Shown here: one piece after another, positions 19,763 through 29,815 of the stretch | Position numbering within the stretch: the stretch's first letter is position 1 | Layout: every line of letters starts with the position of its first letter | Origin: Promethearchaeota archaeon | GTDB lineage: Archaea > Asgardarchaeota > Lokiarchaeia > Sigyniarchaeales > SOKP01 | Length of the DNA stretch: 64,000 nt | NCBI GenBank assembly: GCA_019057795.1 | Contig: JAHLWS010000024.1 | Location: 33,497 to 97,496, forward strand | Reading direction: 5' to 3' | Made by a program: the position numbers and the translations under genes | The notes under the pieces: model-generated | The model's input: only the letters and a program-made list of their open reading frames with translations | Told to the model about the DNA's origin: nothing | The model's database searches: none

Positions 19763-19797
19763 TTTTAACACCAATTAAGATGCTTTAATTAAATTTT
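19763..19797 (+). repeat. 35-bp direct repeat copy B, includes TATA-like box for 19827 gene
   Basis: ttttaacaccaattaagatgctttaattaaatttt ends 30 nt before ATG. Confidence 0.9.
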
Positions 19798-19826
19798 TAA
19801 ACAACCCATTTTATTTAGATGATATA

Positions 19827-20240
19827 ATGATCGAAGAATTAAAATCTAAACTTAAAGAATTAGAACTTAAAAAAAACGAACTTCAACCAAAAATTGACGA
19901 GATAGGAGCAAAAAGGGCTGAAGAACTTCAAGAAGTTAACAAAAAATTCGACCACATGGTTGCAGATGTCAATATAGAAGTTCAAGACTTTAAAAATAAA
20001 ATTATGAACGATATAATCGATTTATTTTCAAAGGTTGTGATGGACGAGTTTGACTCGAAAAGAAGTACAAGTGATTACATGGTTACAGATAACTTTAAAG
20101 ATTTTCGAGAAAGCGTTTTAGAACTCGAAATGTTTCCTAAGGAACTAATTGAGAGATTGGATAAAGTGATTGATGGAGATCCAATTGAAAATATTGCGTA
20201 TGACATTGAAAAAATCGAAGCTAAATATAAAAATAATTAA
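19827..20240 (+). CDS. Hypothetical coiled-coil protein
   Basis: Heptad E/K/L-rich N-terminus. Confidence 0.75.
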   Translation: MIEELKSKLKELELKKNELQPKIDEIGAKRAEELQEVNKKFDHMVADVNIEVQDFKNKIMNDIIDLFSKVVMDEFDSKRSTSDYMVTDNFKDFRESVLELEMFPKELIERLDKVIDGDPIENIAYDIEKIEAKYKNN

Positions 20241-20691
20241 ATAACTGAAATAAAAATTCCAACTTTCGATGATTTAGCAGATCAAGTTGAGCGATAATAT
20301 CTATATAATAGATCGTTAAATATGATAATGAGTCTGTAGATTGCATTATTAAAACAAATATTTAGGTTCTATTAGATGGAAATATTTGAAGAGGAATTAG
20401 AGATTTATAACGCAAAAATGAGATTACTAAGCTGGTTATACGACGAGATAAAAATCCAATCTGAGATATCCAAGGATTTAATTAATGGAAAAGGGCAAAA
20501 ATTACCGCTTAACCTTTAATTCAATCGAATTACTTAATTAGTTAACATATATTTAATGTATCTTCAATAATTCTCTTAATATAAGATATGTAATCCTCTG
20601 ATTTACCCATAAAATGTAAAAAAAGAATAAAAAACGGTTTAAAAAAATTACCAAAGAAAAAAAAATAAAAAAATAATAAATATAAAAAAAT

Positions 20692-21123
20692 TTAGTTGAC
20701 TTGTTCTTTTAATTGCTCAGCTTTTATTTGCTCAGCTTCTAATTTCTCTAATTGTTTCCTTATAGCTTTAATATCTGATTCGTACGATTTTATTTTGGTC
20801 TTCTTTTCTTTAAGAATATTATCCAGTTTTTTATTCAAAGCTTTTGATTTTCCCTTAACTAAATTTACATGTTTTTTCTTCAATGCTGCTACTTCAACAA
20901 TTAATTTTTTCATTTTCTTTGTCCATTCTTTGGATTTTTCCGTAGCTTCTTTTAAATCGACTTCTCCTACATCGAGCTTTGATTTGGTATCATTTATCTT
21001 ATCATCAAAATCGTCTTCAATTTCCTTTTCCGCAGAGGCTTCCTTTTTTGAAGCTTCTTCTTCGACCCTAGTAATCTCATCTTCTTTATCCGCTATTTGG
21101 CTCCTTAATTCTTGTTCTGACAT
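20692..21123 (-). CDS. Hypothetical coiled-coil protein, acidic N-half / basic C-half
   Basis: No Pro, E/D-rich then K-rich. Confidence 0.75.
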   Translation of the reverse strand: MSEQELRSQIADKEDEITRVEEEASKKEASAEKEIEDDFDDKINDTKSKLDVGEVDLKEATEKSKEWTKKMKKLIVEVAALKKKHVNLVKGKSKALNKKLDNILKEKKTKIKSYESDIKAIRKQLEKLEAEQIKAEQLKEQVN

Positions 21124-21292
21124 ATTAACATTTCCTAATTTTAATTTGTTTTTTCAATATATTTTGATATATTTGATGATATATATATATATATATTTGA
21201 TATATATTGATTTACAAATCGGTCTCAACGTAAAAAATAAAAAGAAATAAAAGGATTTTTAAAAGTTTGTTGCTCTAAAATCCAGAATAAAA

Positions 21293-22312
21293 CTATTCTA
21301 ACGATTCTCCAAGAGCTAATCTGCATAAATCACTAAGAATATAATTTTTTAATCCCTTCCGCGCTACTTTAGCACCCATAGCTTCCTTACACAAAGAACA
21401 ATTATAAACACAACCTTCGACACCATGTTCTAACATGTCGTTTATATTATCGTTTTGAGCTTTGCGCATTAAAGATTTTTTACCAAGAGTAGCGAATATT
21501 GCTGCACAGCACATAGCATTCTCGCGATCGTACTTTCTTGCGACCCTTTCAACACCTATCAACTCACAGATTTTATCTACCCACTCATCCGAGTCTGGAA
21601 TAAATCTATTTGAACAGGATCTTTGATAAGCAATTTTCATGTTAAGTTTATTAACATCAGATTCGTGCTCTTTTAAATATTTATAGAGATATTCGTAAAC
21701 GTGAATAGGTTTAAAACCGGGTGGAAGTTCTATATTATTCCGAGGACAAAAAGAAGCGTAGAATCCATAGCATTCGTCGTGATAACAAATCATTTCTTTA
21801 ATACCTTGATTCTTAATATTTTCTAAAATTATTGGAGCTCTCTTCTTAATTACAGAGTCTCTTGCGTAATGATGATATAGTAAATTACAAAAGAAATCAA
21901 GGCCGCTAACATATTGTAAATTTTCAAACAATTGCCCTTCCATATTTTTTGCGTTTATTTTACCTAATCCACATTTATTTAACACGGGTTTATCCGGATC
22001 AATTTCTTTAAATCTTACTTGATCGTGTGGAGCAAATCTATTTATCGTATTTTCTAGTATACTTGGATTAATATTTAACGAATTATACTTCTCCTGTAAT
22101 TCTGTTATTAAATCGAAAGGATGAGACTCGTAAGGACAATATTCGTCGCAGGCAAAGCAAGTTACACACTCAGTTAATACTCGAGACTCCTCTCCATTAA
22201 TCAATTTATTTTTTTCTGCTCGTGCTTCCTCAATGTCCTTAAATTCAATCCATTGACATCGAGTCAAACAATCAACTTTCACACAATCTGCACAATGTGA
22301 ACTATCAAACAT
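21293..22312 (-). CDS. Fe-S binding protein with degenerate CCG domains (start corrected to 22312)
   Basis: MFDSSHCADC aligns with MFDNSHCAEC of 24874..25902; CVTCFACDEYCP; CCAA; CSLC. Confidence 0.85.
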   Translation of the reverse strand: MFDSSHCADCVKVDCLTRCQWIEFKDIEEARAEKNKLINGEESRVLTECVTCFACDEYCPYESHPFDLITELQEKYNSLNINPSILENTINRFAPHDQVRFKEIDPDKPVLNKCGLGKINAKNMEGQLFENLQYVSGLDFFCNLLYHHYARDSVIKKRAPIILENIKNQGIKEMICYHDECYGFYASFCPRNNIELPPGFKPIHVYEYLYKYLKEHESDVNKLNMKIAYQRSCSNRFIPDSDEWVDKICELIGVERVARKYDRENAMCCAAIFATLGKKSLMRKAQNDNINDMLEHGVEGCVYNCSLCKEAMGAKVARKGLKNYILSDLCRLALGESLE

Positions 22313-22406
22313 TATTTTACACTCATTTACGATATGAATTTTATATGAATTATTATTTAAAATGGAATTTAAGTAATATAAATAAGTTTCCTTAAAATTT
22401 GTTATG

Positions 22407-22922
22407 TTAAATTTTAAGAGTAAATTCCCACGCACAATAGTAATTCTCCGGATGACTATCGGGAGGACAGCATATACATTTTGTTTCGATTCTAGGGTCG
22501 ATAGTTTTTGCGAAATCGCCGTATTCAATAACACCTACAGGTTTGCAAGGAAAATCGGGAAGGTCTCTACTTTTTCTAGCGAATTGAACTCGACAATTGT
22601 TCATACGGAATACGCAACGATTTTCAGAAACCTCCAAAATTTCTTGTACATTAATGTTTGCATACACTCTGAACTTTAAAGCTTTAATTAATGCGGGAAT
22701 ACCTCCATTTTTGGGAATATTAAAACTTTTCATGATGCGTTTTGCTTCTATTACAGTAAATCTTTTCCATTGTTCCACATCAAGTTCTATGGCCCTCTCT
22801 AGCCCATATTCTCTCTCCGCAACTTGAAACCAAGTTCCATCGATAGCTAACCAGTTTTTGCTTAGATCCTCAATATAATTAATTAATTCTTCTTTAGTAA
22901 GCTTTTCTAAATCTTCTCTCAT
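22407..22922 (-). CDS. DUF6125-family protein
   Basis: WLAIDGTWF...CRVQFARK...FPCK...CPPD...CAWEF. Confidence 0.8.
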   Translation of the reverse strand: MREDLEKLTKEELINYIEDLSKNWLAIDGTWFQVAEREYGLERAIELDVEQWKRFTVIEAKRIMKSFNIPKNGGIPALIKALKFRVYANINVQEILEVSENRCVFRMNNCRVQFARKSRDLPDFPCKPVGVIEYGDFAKTIDPRIETKCICCPPDSHPENYYCAWEFTLKI

Positions 22923-22956
22923 TTTCTAATCATACCAATTTAATTTTGTTTTTGTA

Positions 22957-24777
22957 TTACCTTTCTATCTCCCTATCTTCTCTACGGGATTGTTTAAATA
23001 TTTCTCGAGATTCTTCAATGGTTTGGGCTCGAATTCTTAAAGAATTAATATCCTCTATGGGAGAATCTTCCTTTTTATTCCAAACTCTGCGCAATAAATG
23101 TGCTGCCATTTTAGGCCTTCTATCTCGAGTAAAAACGCCTTTATAATTCATCGATCCCATTCGAGTTATTCCTTGAGAAGTTTTAAAGTCGCACATATTC
23201 CATACATGCTCACCTATTACATAAGGTTTACTCCGACACACTTCAATATATTTTTTTATGAATTTAGTTTGGTATTCTTCGCTAAACATTTCGGGCGGTT
23301 GAGAATGCCATCCAGGAATTGTGTCTGCTCCAAATTCACTAAGAATAATTGGTTTACGATGTTTTTCATATAGTTTATCCATTTCTTTTGAAAGAAGTTC
23401 GCTAGCTTCATCTAAATTTCCTGGTTGTAAATACCATCCATAATATCGATTGATACATAATACATCACAGAATTTGAAAGCTTTTTCTTTAACACCCATC
23501 ATATTTACTACAGTTATGGGTCGAGTACTATCTAATTCTTTTGTCCTGTCGTATAAAGTTCTAAAGAATTCCCCAGATTTCAAGCTGTTATACGGTTCGT
23601 TTGCCAAGCTCCACATTATAACGCTTGGATGGTTTTTATCTCTCTTTATCAATTCTTCAATGTATTGATTGCATAATTCTAGTTGTCTATCAATTACATC
23701 TTTAGTAAATGTAAGACCTACAGCAGGAATTTCGTCAATGACCAAAAAACCAAGACGATCTGCTAAATCCATCATTTGTTCTGAGTACGGATAATGCGAA
23801 GTTCGAAAAGAGTTAGCTCCGATCCAATTCATCAAAGAATAGTCTTTGATTATAATTGCAGGAACATATCCCCTCCCTGTAATAGGGAAATCCTCGTGGC
23901 GTCCAAATCCTGTCAGATAAATGGGCTTACCATTTAATAGCAACTTATCTCCTTTCACTTCTATAGTCCGAATTCCTACTTTTAGCGAATAAGAATCGAT
24001 TATAGAATCCTCTTTTACGATGTCAACTGTTAGAGAGTATAAATTAGGTGTTTCTGTATTCCAAAATTTTGCTTTTTTTACTTCTAATGTCATTTTTTGA
24101 ATATTTTGCTCAATTTTTGAGGTATTAGTTAATTCTGATCCAAATCCTTTTAGAGAGAGATTCACATAGACATCATTTAAGTTGACAGTTTCTATTGTAA
24201 CATCTAAAATTCCCGTGGTATCTTTTATAGATGTTCTGACAGTTATATCTTTTAATCCTTCTTTAGGAATAGCATATAGTAATACTGGTCTATGAATTCC
24301 GCAGAATGGATAAAAATCAAAGTTAGTTTTAGGATAGTTCATTGGACGCCCACTGGGTGGTACGTGATTATCTGATAATCTCCCGTCTACTCTAACTACA
24401 AGAAGATTGTCTTCCGGCTCGATCTTGTTAGATATATCGTATTCAAATGGTAGATGCCCCCCTTCGTGATGACCTACCATCTCTCCATTTAACCACACAT
24501 CAGATAGATAATTAACCGAACCAAATCTAATTATGATTTTTTTATTATCCCAATCCCAGGGTTTCATAAAACTACATTGATACCACGCAGGTCCTAAATT
24601 ATCGCGACCCTCCGCAAATTGATCGTTCCAGCTCGCAGGTACTGCTATTGGGCGGTTATTATTAAAACCATTCTTCCAATTCTCATCCAAGCCTTTATTG
24701 TTTGTGTCAAAACGAAAATCCCAAAAGCTAGACAATTCGATAAACTGACGATGCTTGTTTCTTTGTGGATAGAGCAT
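22957..24777 (-). CDS. uidA: GH2 beta-glucuronidase
   Basis: NSFRTSHYPY, WSLANEP, SEFGAD, NYKGVFTRDRRPK (GUS NxK motif). Confidence 0.9.
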   Translation of the reverse strand: MLYPQRNKHRQFIELSSFWDFRFDTNNKGLDENWKNGFNNNRPIAVPASWNDQFAEGRDNLGPAWYQCSFMKPWDWDNKKIIIRFGSVNYLSDVWLNGEMVGHHEGGHLPFEYDISNKIEPEDNLLVVRVDGRLSDNHVPPSGRPMNYPKTNFDFYPFCGIHRPVLLYAIPKEGLKDITVRTSIKDTTGILDVTIETVNLNDVYVNLSLKGFGSELTNTSKIEQNIQKMTLEVKKAKFWNTETPNLYSLTVDIVKEDSIIDSYSLKVGIRTIEVKGDKLLLNGKPIYLTGFGRHEDFPITGRGYVPAIIIKDYSLMNWIGANSFRTSHYPYSEQMMDLADRLGFLVIDEIPAVGLTFTKDVIDRQLELCNQYIEELIKRDKNHPSVIMWSLANEPYNSLKSGEFFRTLYDRTKELDSTRPITVVNMMGVKEKAFKFCDVLCINRYYGWYLQPGNLDEASELLSKEMDKLYEKHRKPIILSEFGADTIPGWHSQPPEMFSEEYQTKFIKKYIEVCRSKPYVIGEHVWNMCDFKTSQGITRMGSMNYKGVFTRDRRPKMAAHLLRRVWNKKEDSPIEDINSLRIRAQTIEESREIFKQSRREDREIER

Positions 24778-24873
24778 TATAATTCCTCTAATAAGGCTTA
24801 ATCTATGTATTTTTAGTGCTAAAAATTATTAATATTATTTATAATAATTGAAAAAAAATAAAAGATTCCTTCT

Positions 24874-25902
24874 TTAATAATCCAGCTTCTCTCCTAGAGC
24901 AAGTCTTGCTAAATCACTGATAAAATATGCCTTCATCCCTTTACCAGTTACCTTCCTTTCTAGCGTCTCTAAACACATTGGACAATTGAATATGCAAACT
25001 TGAGCACCATGATCTACCATATCTTGAACATTATCATTTTGTGTTTTGCGAACTTCTTTTTTATGGCCTCTCATTCCGAAAGGTGCAGCACAACATAGAC
25101 CATTTTCCCTATCGTATTTCCTTGCAACTCGTTCTACTCCTATTAATTCACAAATTTTATCAAGAATTTTGTCAGTTTCAGGCACATATCGATTTGAGCA
25201 ATTTCGTTGATATGCTGCTTTTAAATTTAGTTTTTTTATCTCAGACTCGTGCTCTTTTAAATAATTATAGACATATTCGAATATATGAACTGGTTTGAAA
25301 GGTACTTCAAGGTTATTCCTTTGACAATAAGAGGTATACAAGCCATAACATTCATCATGCCAACAGATCACTTCAGTGTCTTTTAAAACACCTGTCTTTT
25401 TGAAGTTTTCAAGAATAATTGGGACACGTTCTTTGATTATGGAAGGTTTTGCAACGTGTTGGTACATCAATTGGCAAAAAAAATGTAATCCCCCAACAGA
25501 TTGTAGATTATCAAACATTGGTCCTTTCATTTCTTTAGCATTCGTTTTAGGAAAAGCACATTTATTTAAAATCGGTTTTTCAGGATCAATCGGACGTGGT
25601 ACAAATTCTCCTTTTGCTTTAAATGTAATAATCGAATTTTGAACTATCGCAGGTAATATATCTTGAGATTGGTATTTTTCTTGTAATTCATTTATTTTAT
25701 CAAAAGGATGTGAATTGTAAGGACAATACTCATCACAAGAAAAACAAAGCATACAATCTTTCAAGATTCTACAATCTTCATCTTCATTAATTAGTTTAGT
25801 GATTTCTTGCTTAGCAGCTTCAATACTATCAAAATCGATCCACTGACATTTCATCATACAGTCAACCGTTTTACATTCCGCGCAATGCGAATTATCAAAC
25901 AT
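24874..25902 (-). CDS. Fe-S binding protein with degenerate CCG domains
   Basis: Paralogue of 21293..22312; CMLCFSCDEYCP, HDECY, CCAA, NCPMC. Confidence 0.85.
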   Translation of the reverse strand: MFDNSHCAECKTVDCMMKCQWIDFDSIEAAKQEITKLINEDEDCRILKDCMLCFSCDEYCPYNSHPFDKINELQEKYQSQDILPAIVQNSIITFKAKGEFVPRPIDPEKPILNKCAFPKTNAKEMKGPMFDNLQSVGGLHFFCQLMYQHVAKPSIIKERVPIILENFKKTGVLKDTEVICWHDECYGLYTSYCQRNNLEVPFKPVHIFEYVYNYLKEHESEIKKLNLKAAYQRNCSNRYVPETDKILDKICELIGVERVARKYDRENGLCCAAPFGMRGHKKEVRKTQNDNVQDMVDHGAQVCIFNCPMCLETLERKVTGKGMKAYFISDLARLALGEKLDY

Positions 25903-25991
25903 ATTTTTATACCTTTTTTATTTTTTGAATAATTATTATATATAGATTAGATTACGTTCTAGTAATTATTAATTTTAATATCTTTTTTTTT

Positions 25992-27299
25992 TCATAGAAG
26001 CGTTTGAGTAAACAGGTTAATTTTATCTTTAATGATTTTTTCAGACGTCATTCGTTTATCACCGACATCCAAATCGATTATAAGCATAGGAATGCCAACT
26101 TCATCCCTTAGAGCTTCCCTCAATATCTGTGGGACTGCTCCAAATTGTTTACAACCTAAGTGTGAAGTAAAAATATAGCAATCTGCAGAAAATTCTTTCG
26201 CTAATCTCACGCAATCGTCAATAAAGGGATAAAAGAATTCTGTTGATTGCTTAATCATTGGAAGACCCATCCCTTTTTTAGCCATTCCGTAAAACAATGT
26301 ATCCAAATCAGATTTTGTATTGATGGGGTCAGAAAAGTTGTAATTGAAAATATCGAATAAAATACTCATCCCCAATTCTCGATCTAAATATTCACATATC
26401 GCCAAATCGAAAAAAATGAGCATGTACGGCCATATACTCCGTATTTTTTCTTCACCACCATGATGGTCTTTATTCTTATAGCGTATTTTAGCAATCTCAA
26501 GCATGTCGCGGTAAAAGTCTAGTTTTTCTTCGCGGCCTGACATAAAAGTCGCGGCAACTGCGGACATAGGGTTAAACATGTTTTCTAACGGACATGGGGT
26601 CGCTTTTTTTAGTTCAAATATTTCAAGTTGGGTTTTGTTCGTTTCATTTTCTAGTTCAATATGTTTCTTCATTTTTTCATAATCGGGTTCTTGACCAATT
26701 ACTCTACCTAATTCCTCTAAACTTAGCCTTAATTGTTCTCCATAATAAGTATAGCTTTTTTCTTCCCAAAGGAACGGTAAATCTGGAGTAATTAATGGTA
26801 TATTTTTATGATACCTAAAAAAGGGATAAGATGCGTAAGTGTTGTCGCACGGAGCGGTTGGTGTGATAATTGCGTCAAATTTGAATAAATCGTCAAGTGT
26901 CATCCCCATTGTTCCTTTTTGTGAAGAACATGTATGGAATGGATGCCCCCAGCTAGTTATTAAATCATAATAGGGTTCAGAGCCATCAGGTAATAATGCT
27001 GATATGAAATATGATACTGCTTCTATGCACACTGGCACACAATCAAAACAATAAAGATAATCTGAGGGGAATGCGAAATGGTATCCAATTATAGGTAGTC
27101 CTTCTCCTGCTTTTTTTATAAAATCAGCCATTACTAAGTTGATATGTTTTAATCCTATCCTCAATGCCGGCATTCCATCCTCGGGAAGTATTCTCTCAAC
27201 CAACTCGAGTGTGGTGGACACGGACTGACTCAACATCTTATAGGGAATTATTCTATTTTCTAATTTTGATTGATTAACCATAGTTATACCATTTTTCAT
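25992..27299 (-). CDS. 2-hydroxyacyl-CoA dehydratase / benzoyl-CoA reductase family subunit
   Basis: TCSSQKG, APCD, GCKQ, GIPMLIIDLDVGD. Confidence 0.85.
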   Translation of the reverse strand: MKNGITMVNQSKLENRIIPYKMLSQSVSTTLELVERILPEDGMPALRIGLKHINLVMADFIKKAGEGLPIIGYHFAFPSDYLYCFDCVPVCIEAVSYFISALLPDGSEPYYDLITSWGHPFHTCSSQKGTMGMTLDDLFKFDAIITPTAPCDNTYASYPFFRYHKNIPLITPDLPFLWEEKSYTYYGEQLRLSLEELGRVIGQEPDYEKMKKHIELENETNKTQLEIFELKKATPCPLENMFNPMSAVAATFMSGREEKLDFYRDMLEIAKIRYKNKDHHGGEEKIRSIWPYMLIFFDLAICEYLDRELGMSILFDIFNYNFSDPINTKSDLDTLFYGMAKKGMGLPMIKQSTEFFYPFIDDCVRLAKEFSADCYIFTSHLGCKQFGAVPQILREALRDEVGIPMLIIDLDVGDKRMTSEKIIKDKINLFTQTLL

Positions 27300-27327
27300 T
27301 TAATTATAATAATATTTTTATTTTTTT

Positions 27328-28617
27328 TCATAGAAGTGTCTGAGTAAACATAGTTATTTTATTCTTAAACTCTTTTAGCGAAGTCATTCGAGCATCTCCT
27401 ACGTCGAAATCAATTGTTAACATAGGAATTCCTACTTCGTCTTTAAGAGCTTCTCTTAAAAGTTGTGGGACGGCTCCAAATTGCTTACACGCAATACTCT
27501 GAGTGTAAATGAAGCAGTCTGCGCTAAAATCTTTAGCCATTTTAATACAATCATCTAAGAAAGGATAGTAGAATTCTGAAGATTGCTTTACCATTGGCCA
27601 ACCCATAGCTTTCTTTGCCATTCCATAGAATAATTCATCTGAATCAGATTTAATATCGATAAAATCAGATAGATTATAGTTAAAAATATCGAATAAAATG
27701 CTCATACCCAATTCGCGATCTAACCATTCACACAAAGAAATATCAAAGAATGTTAGCATATAGGGCCATATGGATCTAATTCGTTCTTCACCTCCATAAT
27801 GCTCCTTGTTTTTGTACCTATTTTTTGCGCGTTCCAATATTCTCTGATAAAAAGAGAGGTTCTCAAGTGTTCCAGATATAAATATAGTTGTTGCAGCTGA
27901 AATGGGATTAAACATATTCTCGATTGGACTCGGAACAGCCTTAATTAAATCAAATAATTCCATCTTTAATTTTGTTACTTTGTTCTCTAATTCTAAAGCA
28001 TTCCTCAATTTTTCAAAATCGGGCTCTTGACCAATAATTTTTCCAAGCTTATTAAGACTTAGTTTTAATTGTTCACCATAATACTTGTAGCTTTTTTCCT
28101 CATGAAGAAAGGGCATATCAGCAATGATTAAAGGAAAGTTTTTTTTAAATTTGAAAAACGGGTAAGAAGCACAGGTGGAATCACAGGGTGCTGTTGGAGT
28201 GATTATTGCATCGAATTTAAATAAATCGTCTAAACTCATTCCCATTGTCCCCTTTTGAGCGGAACATGTGTGAAAAGGGTGTCCCCAGTTTCCTATTAAA
28301 TCATAGTAAGTCTCAACACCATCTAAAAGTAAAGCACCAAGAATAAAAGAAACTCCTTCGATACAAATTGGGACACATTCATAACATTTTAAGTATTCTG
28401 GCTGAAATGCAAAGTGGTATCCTACTACTGGCAATCCTTCTCTTGCTTTTTCGATATCTTTACGAACCACTGATATTATTTCTTCCAATCCAATTCTTAA
28501 CGAGGGAAGTCCGTTATCAGGTAATATCTTATCGATTAATTCATGCGTAGTTGACATTGAATTTAATAACATCTGATAAGGAATAATTCTGTTTCCCATC
28601 TCTGTTTTGCTATGCAT
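27328..28617 (-). CDS. 2-hydroxyacyl-CoA dehydratase / benzoyl-CoA reductase family subunit (paralogue of neighbour)
   Basis: TCSAQKG, APCD, ACKQ, GIPMLTIDFD. Confidence 0.85.
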   Translation of the reverse strand: MHSKTEMGNRIIPYQMLLNSMSTTHELIDKILPDNGLPSLRIGLEEIISVVRKDIEKAREGLPVVGYHFAFQPEYLKCYECVPICIEGVSFILGALLLDGVETYYDLIGNWGHPFHTCSAQKGTMGMSLDDLFKFDAIITPTAPCDSTCASYPFFKFKKNFPLIIADMPFLHEEKSYKYYGEQLKLSLNKLGKIIGQEPDFEKLRNALELENKVTKLKMELFDLIKAVPSPIENMFNPISAATTIFISGTLENLSFYQRILERAKNRYKNKEHYGGEERIRSIWPYMLTFFDISLCEWLDRELGMSILFDIFNYNLSDFIDIKSDSDELFYGMAKKAMGWPMVKQSSEFYYPFLDDCIKMAKDFSADCFIYTQSIACKQFGAVPQLLREALKDEVGIPMLTIDFDVGDARMTSLKEFKNKITMFTQTLL

Positions 28618-28663
28618 GTTTTATATCCAAATTTTTTCAAAGAGTTTTTTTCAAATTTTAATA

Positions 28664-29815
28664 CTATTTTATCATTTCTAAAAATGCTTCAATACGCGTT
28701 TGAAGTCTCGTTGTGTCTGCTTGGTAGAATTCGCGATCGAGCTCCAAAACGGGGATCTCCAAATCTTTTAGCCTATGTAAATTGAGCATATTATCACATC
28801 CAGCGAGATCACAGTTATTTATTCTCTGTAAGATAACACCATCAATTTTTGCTCTGTCAATTTCATTTCTTAGAAAATCGAATCGCCTTTCATAGTCATC
28901 CATCATTCTAGGGCAAGAAAGTCTGTAATACAAGCGCTTTGATATATCTTTTAATGGGTTATTTCCATTACCTATATGTACATCATCTAAAAAATTGCGA
29001 GTTCCAAAGCAAAAAGAATCAGACACTAATAAGGCTCCAGAATCTTCAATTAATCTGGTAAAATCAGTACTATCTACTTCGCTTCCAACGAGCATTATTC
29101 TTTTAACATTCGATTTAATTCCTTCAGACTCTCTCAAGATTTTGAGAATTCTTTCTAATTCTTGGTTTGCAAATTCTTTAGGGATTGAGCTATTTGACAT
29201 CGAAATTTGTAAAGCTTCGCTTCCCGTAATTTTTGGCGTATCAATAATTCTTAGTTCATGGATTTTTCGCAAAAGATCACGATTTTTATTGTATATTCTT
29301 ATCGAATTATGTAAATCTTGATCAGTAATAATTTGATGAGTATAGGTTTCTTCTATTTCTTCTTTAAATTCTTCTATTTCTTTATGGTACCATTCAAAAC
29401 CTTCATCTGTTATGATGTGAGGCATAGCAATATAAAAACGTGGAACTTTTTTTTCAAAACCTTTTCTTTTAAATACTACTAAATCGAAGAGCTCGTACAT
29501 TCGTCGAGTATGATCGCATGAATTACAAATATAAAGCCCATCTAAGAAATCGTAGCCTCCTCTTAAAGCCAAATCTAAAGTTGCTCTGACAAATGAACAC
29601 GTAAACCGTACCATATATATATCAGCTAAATCCGTGTCTTTATGTCCAGTTGCTCTAATTCTAAAAGGTAATAAATTTGCAGCGTGCAGTAATTCTTCGG
29701 GAATGTAAGTACAATAATGACCAACTACCTTTTTATTCTTTTCTTGCCATTCCTTAACATAGGAGTTCATAATTGAATTCGAAATGTTAAGAAAAGGATC
29801 GTTATTTAGACTCAT
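28664..29815 (-). CDS. 2-hydroxyacyl-CoA dehydratase beta-like subunit (HgdB/FldC/BcrC family)
   Basis: CTYIPEELLHAA, CSFVR, SCDH, NCD, TRIEAFLEMI. Confidence 0.88.
   Translation of the reverse strand: MSLNNDPFLNISNSIMNSYVKEWQEKNKKVVGHYCTYIPEELLHAANLLPFRIRATGHKDTDLADIYMVRFTCSFVRATLDLALRGGYDFLDGLYICNSCDHTRRMYELFDLVVFKRKGFEKKVPRFYIAMPHIITDEGFEWYHKEIEEFKEEIEETYTHQIITDQDLHNSIRIYNKNRDLLRKIHELRIIDTPKITGSEALQISMSNSSIPKEFANQELERILKILRESEGIKSNVKRIMLVGSEVDSTDFTRLIEDSGALLVSDSFCFGTRNFLDDVHIGNGNNPLKDISKRLYYRLSCPRMMDDYERRFDFLRNEIDRAKIDGVILQRINNCDLAGCDNMLNLHRLKDLEIPVLELDREFYQADTTRLQTRIEAFLEMIK

Noticed and set aside
19827-21123. ESCRT-III/Snf7 identity for the coiled-coil proteins
   Set aside because: Too short, charge polarity reversed in one, no recognisable motifs and no Vps4 neighbour
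22313-22534. N-terminal extension of ORF 21293..22534
   Set aside because: Overlaps the DUF6125 gene and AT-rich intergenic DNA; the paralogue starts at the equivalent MFD
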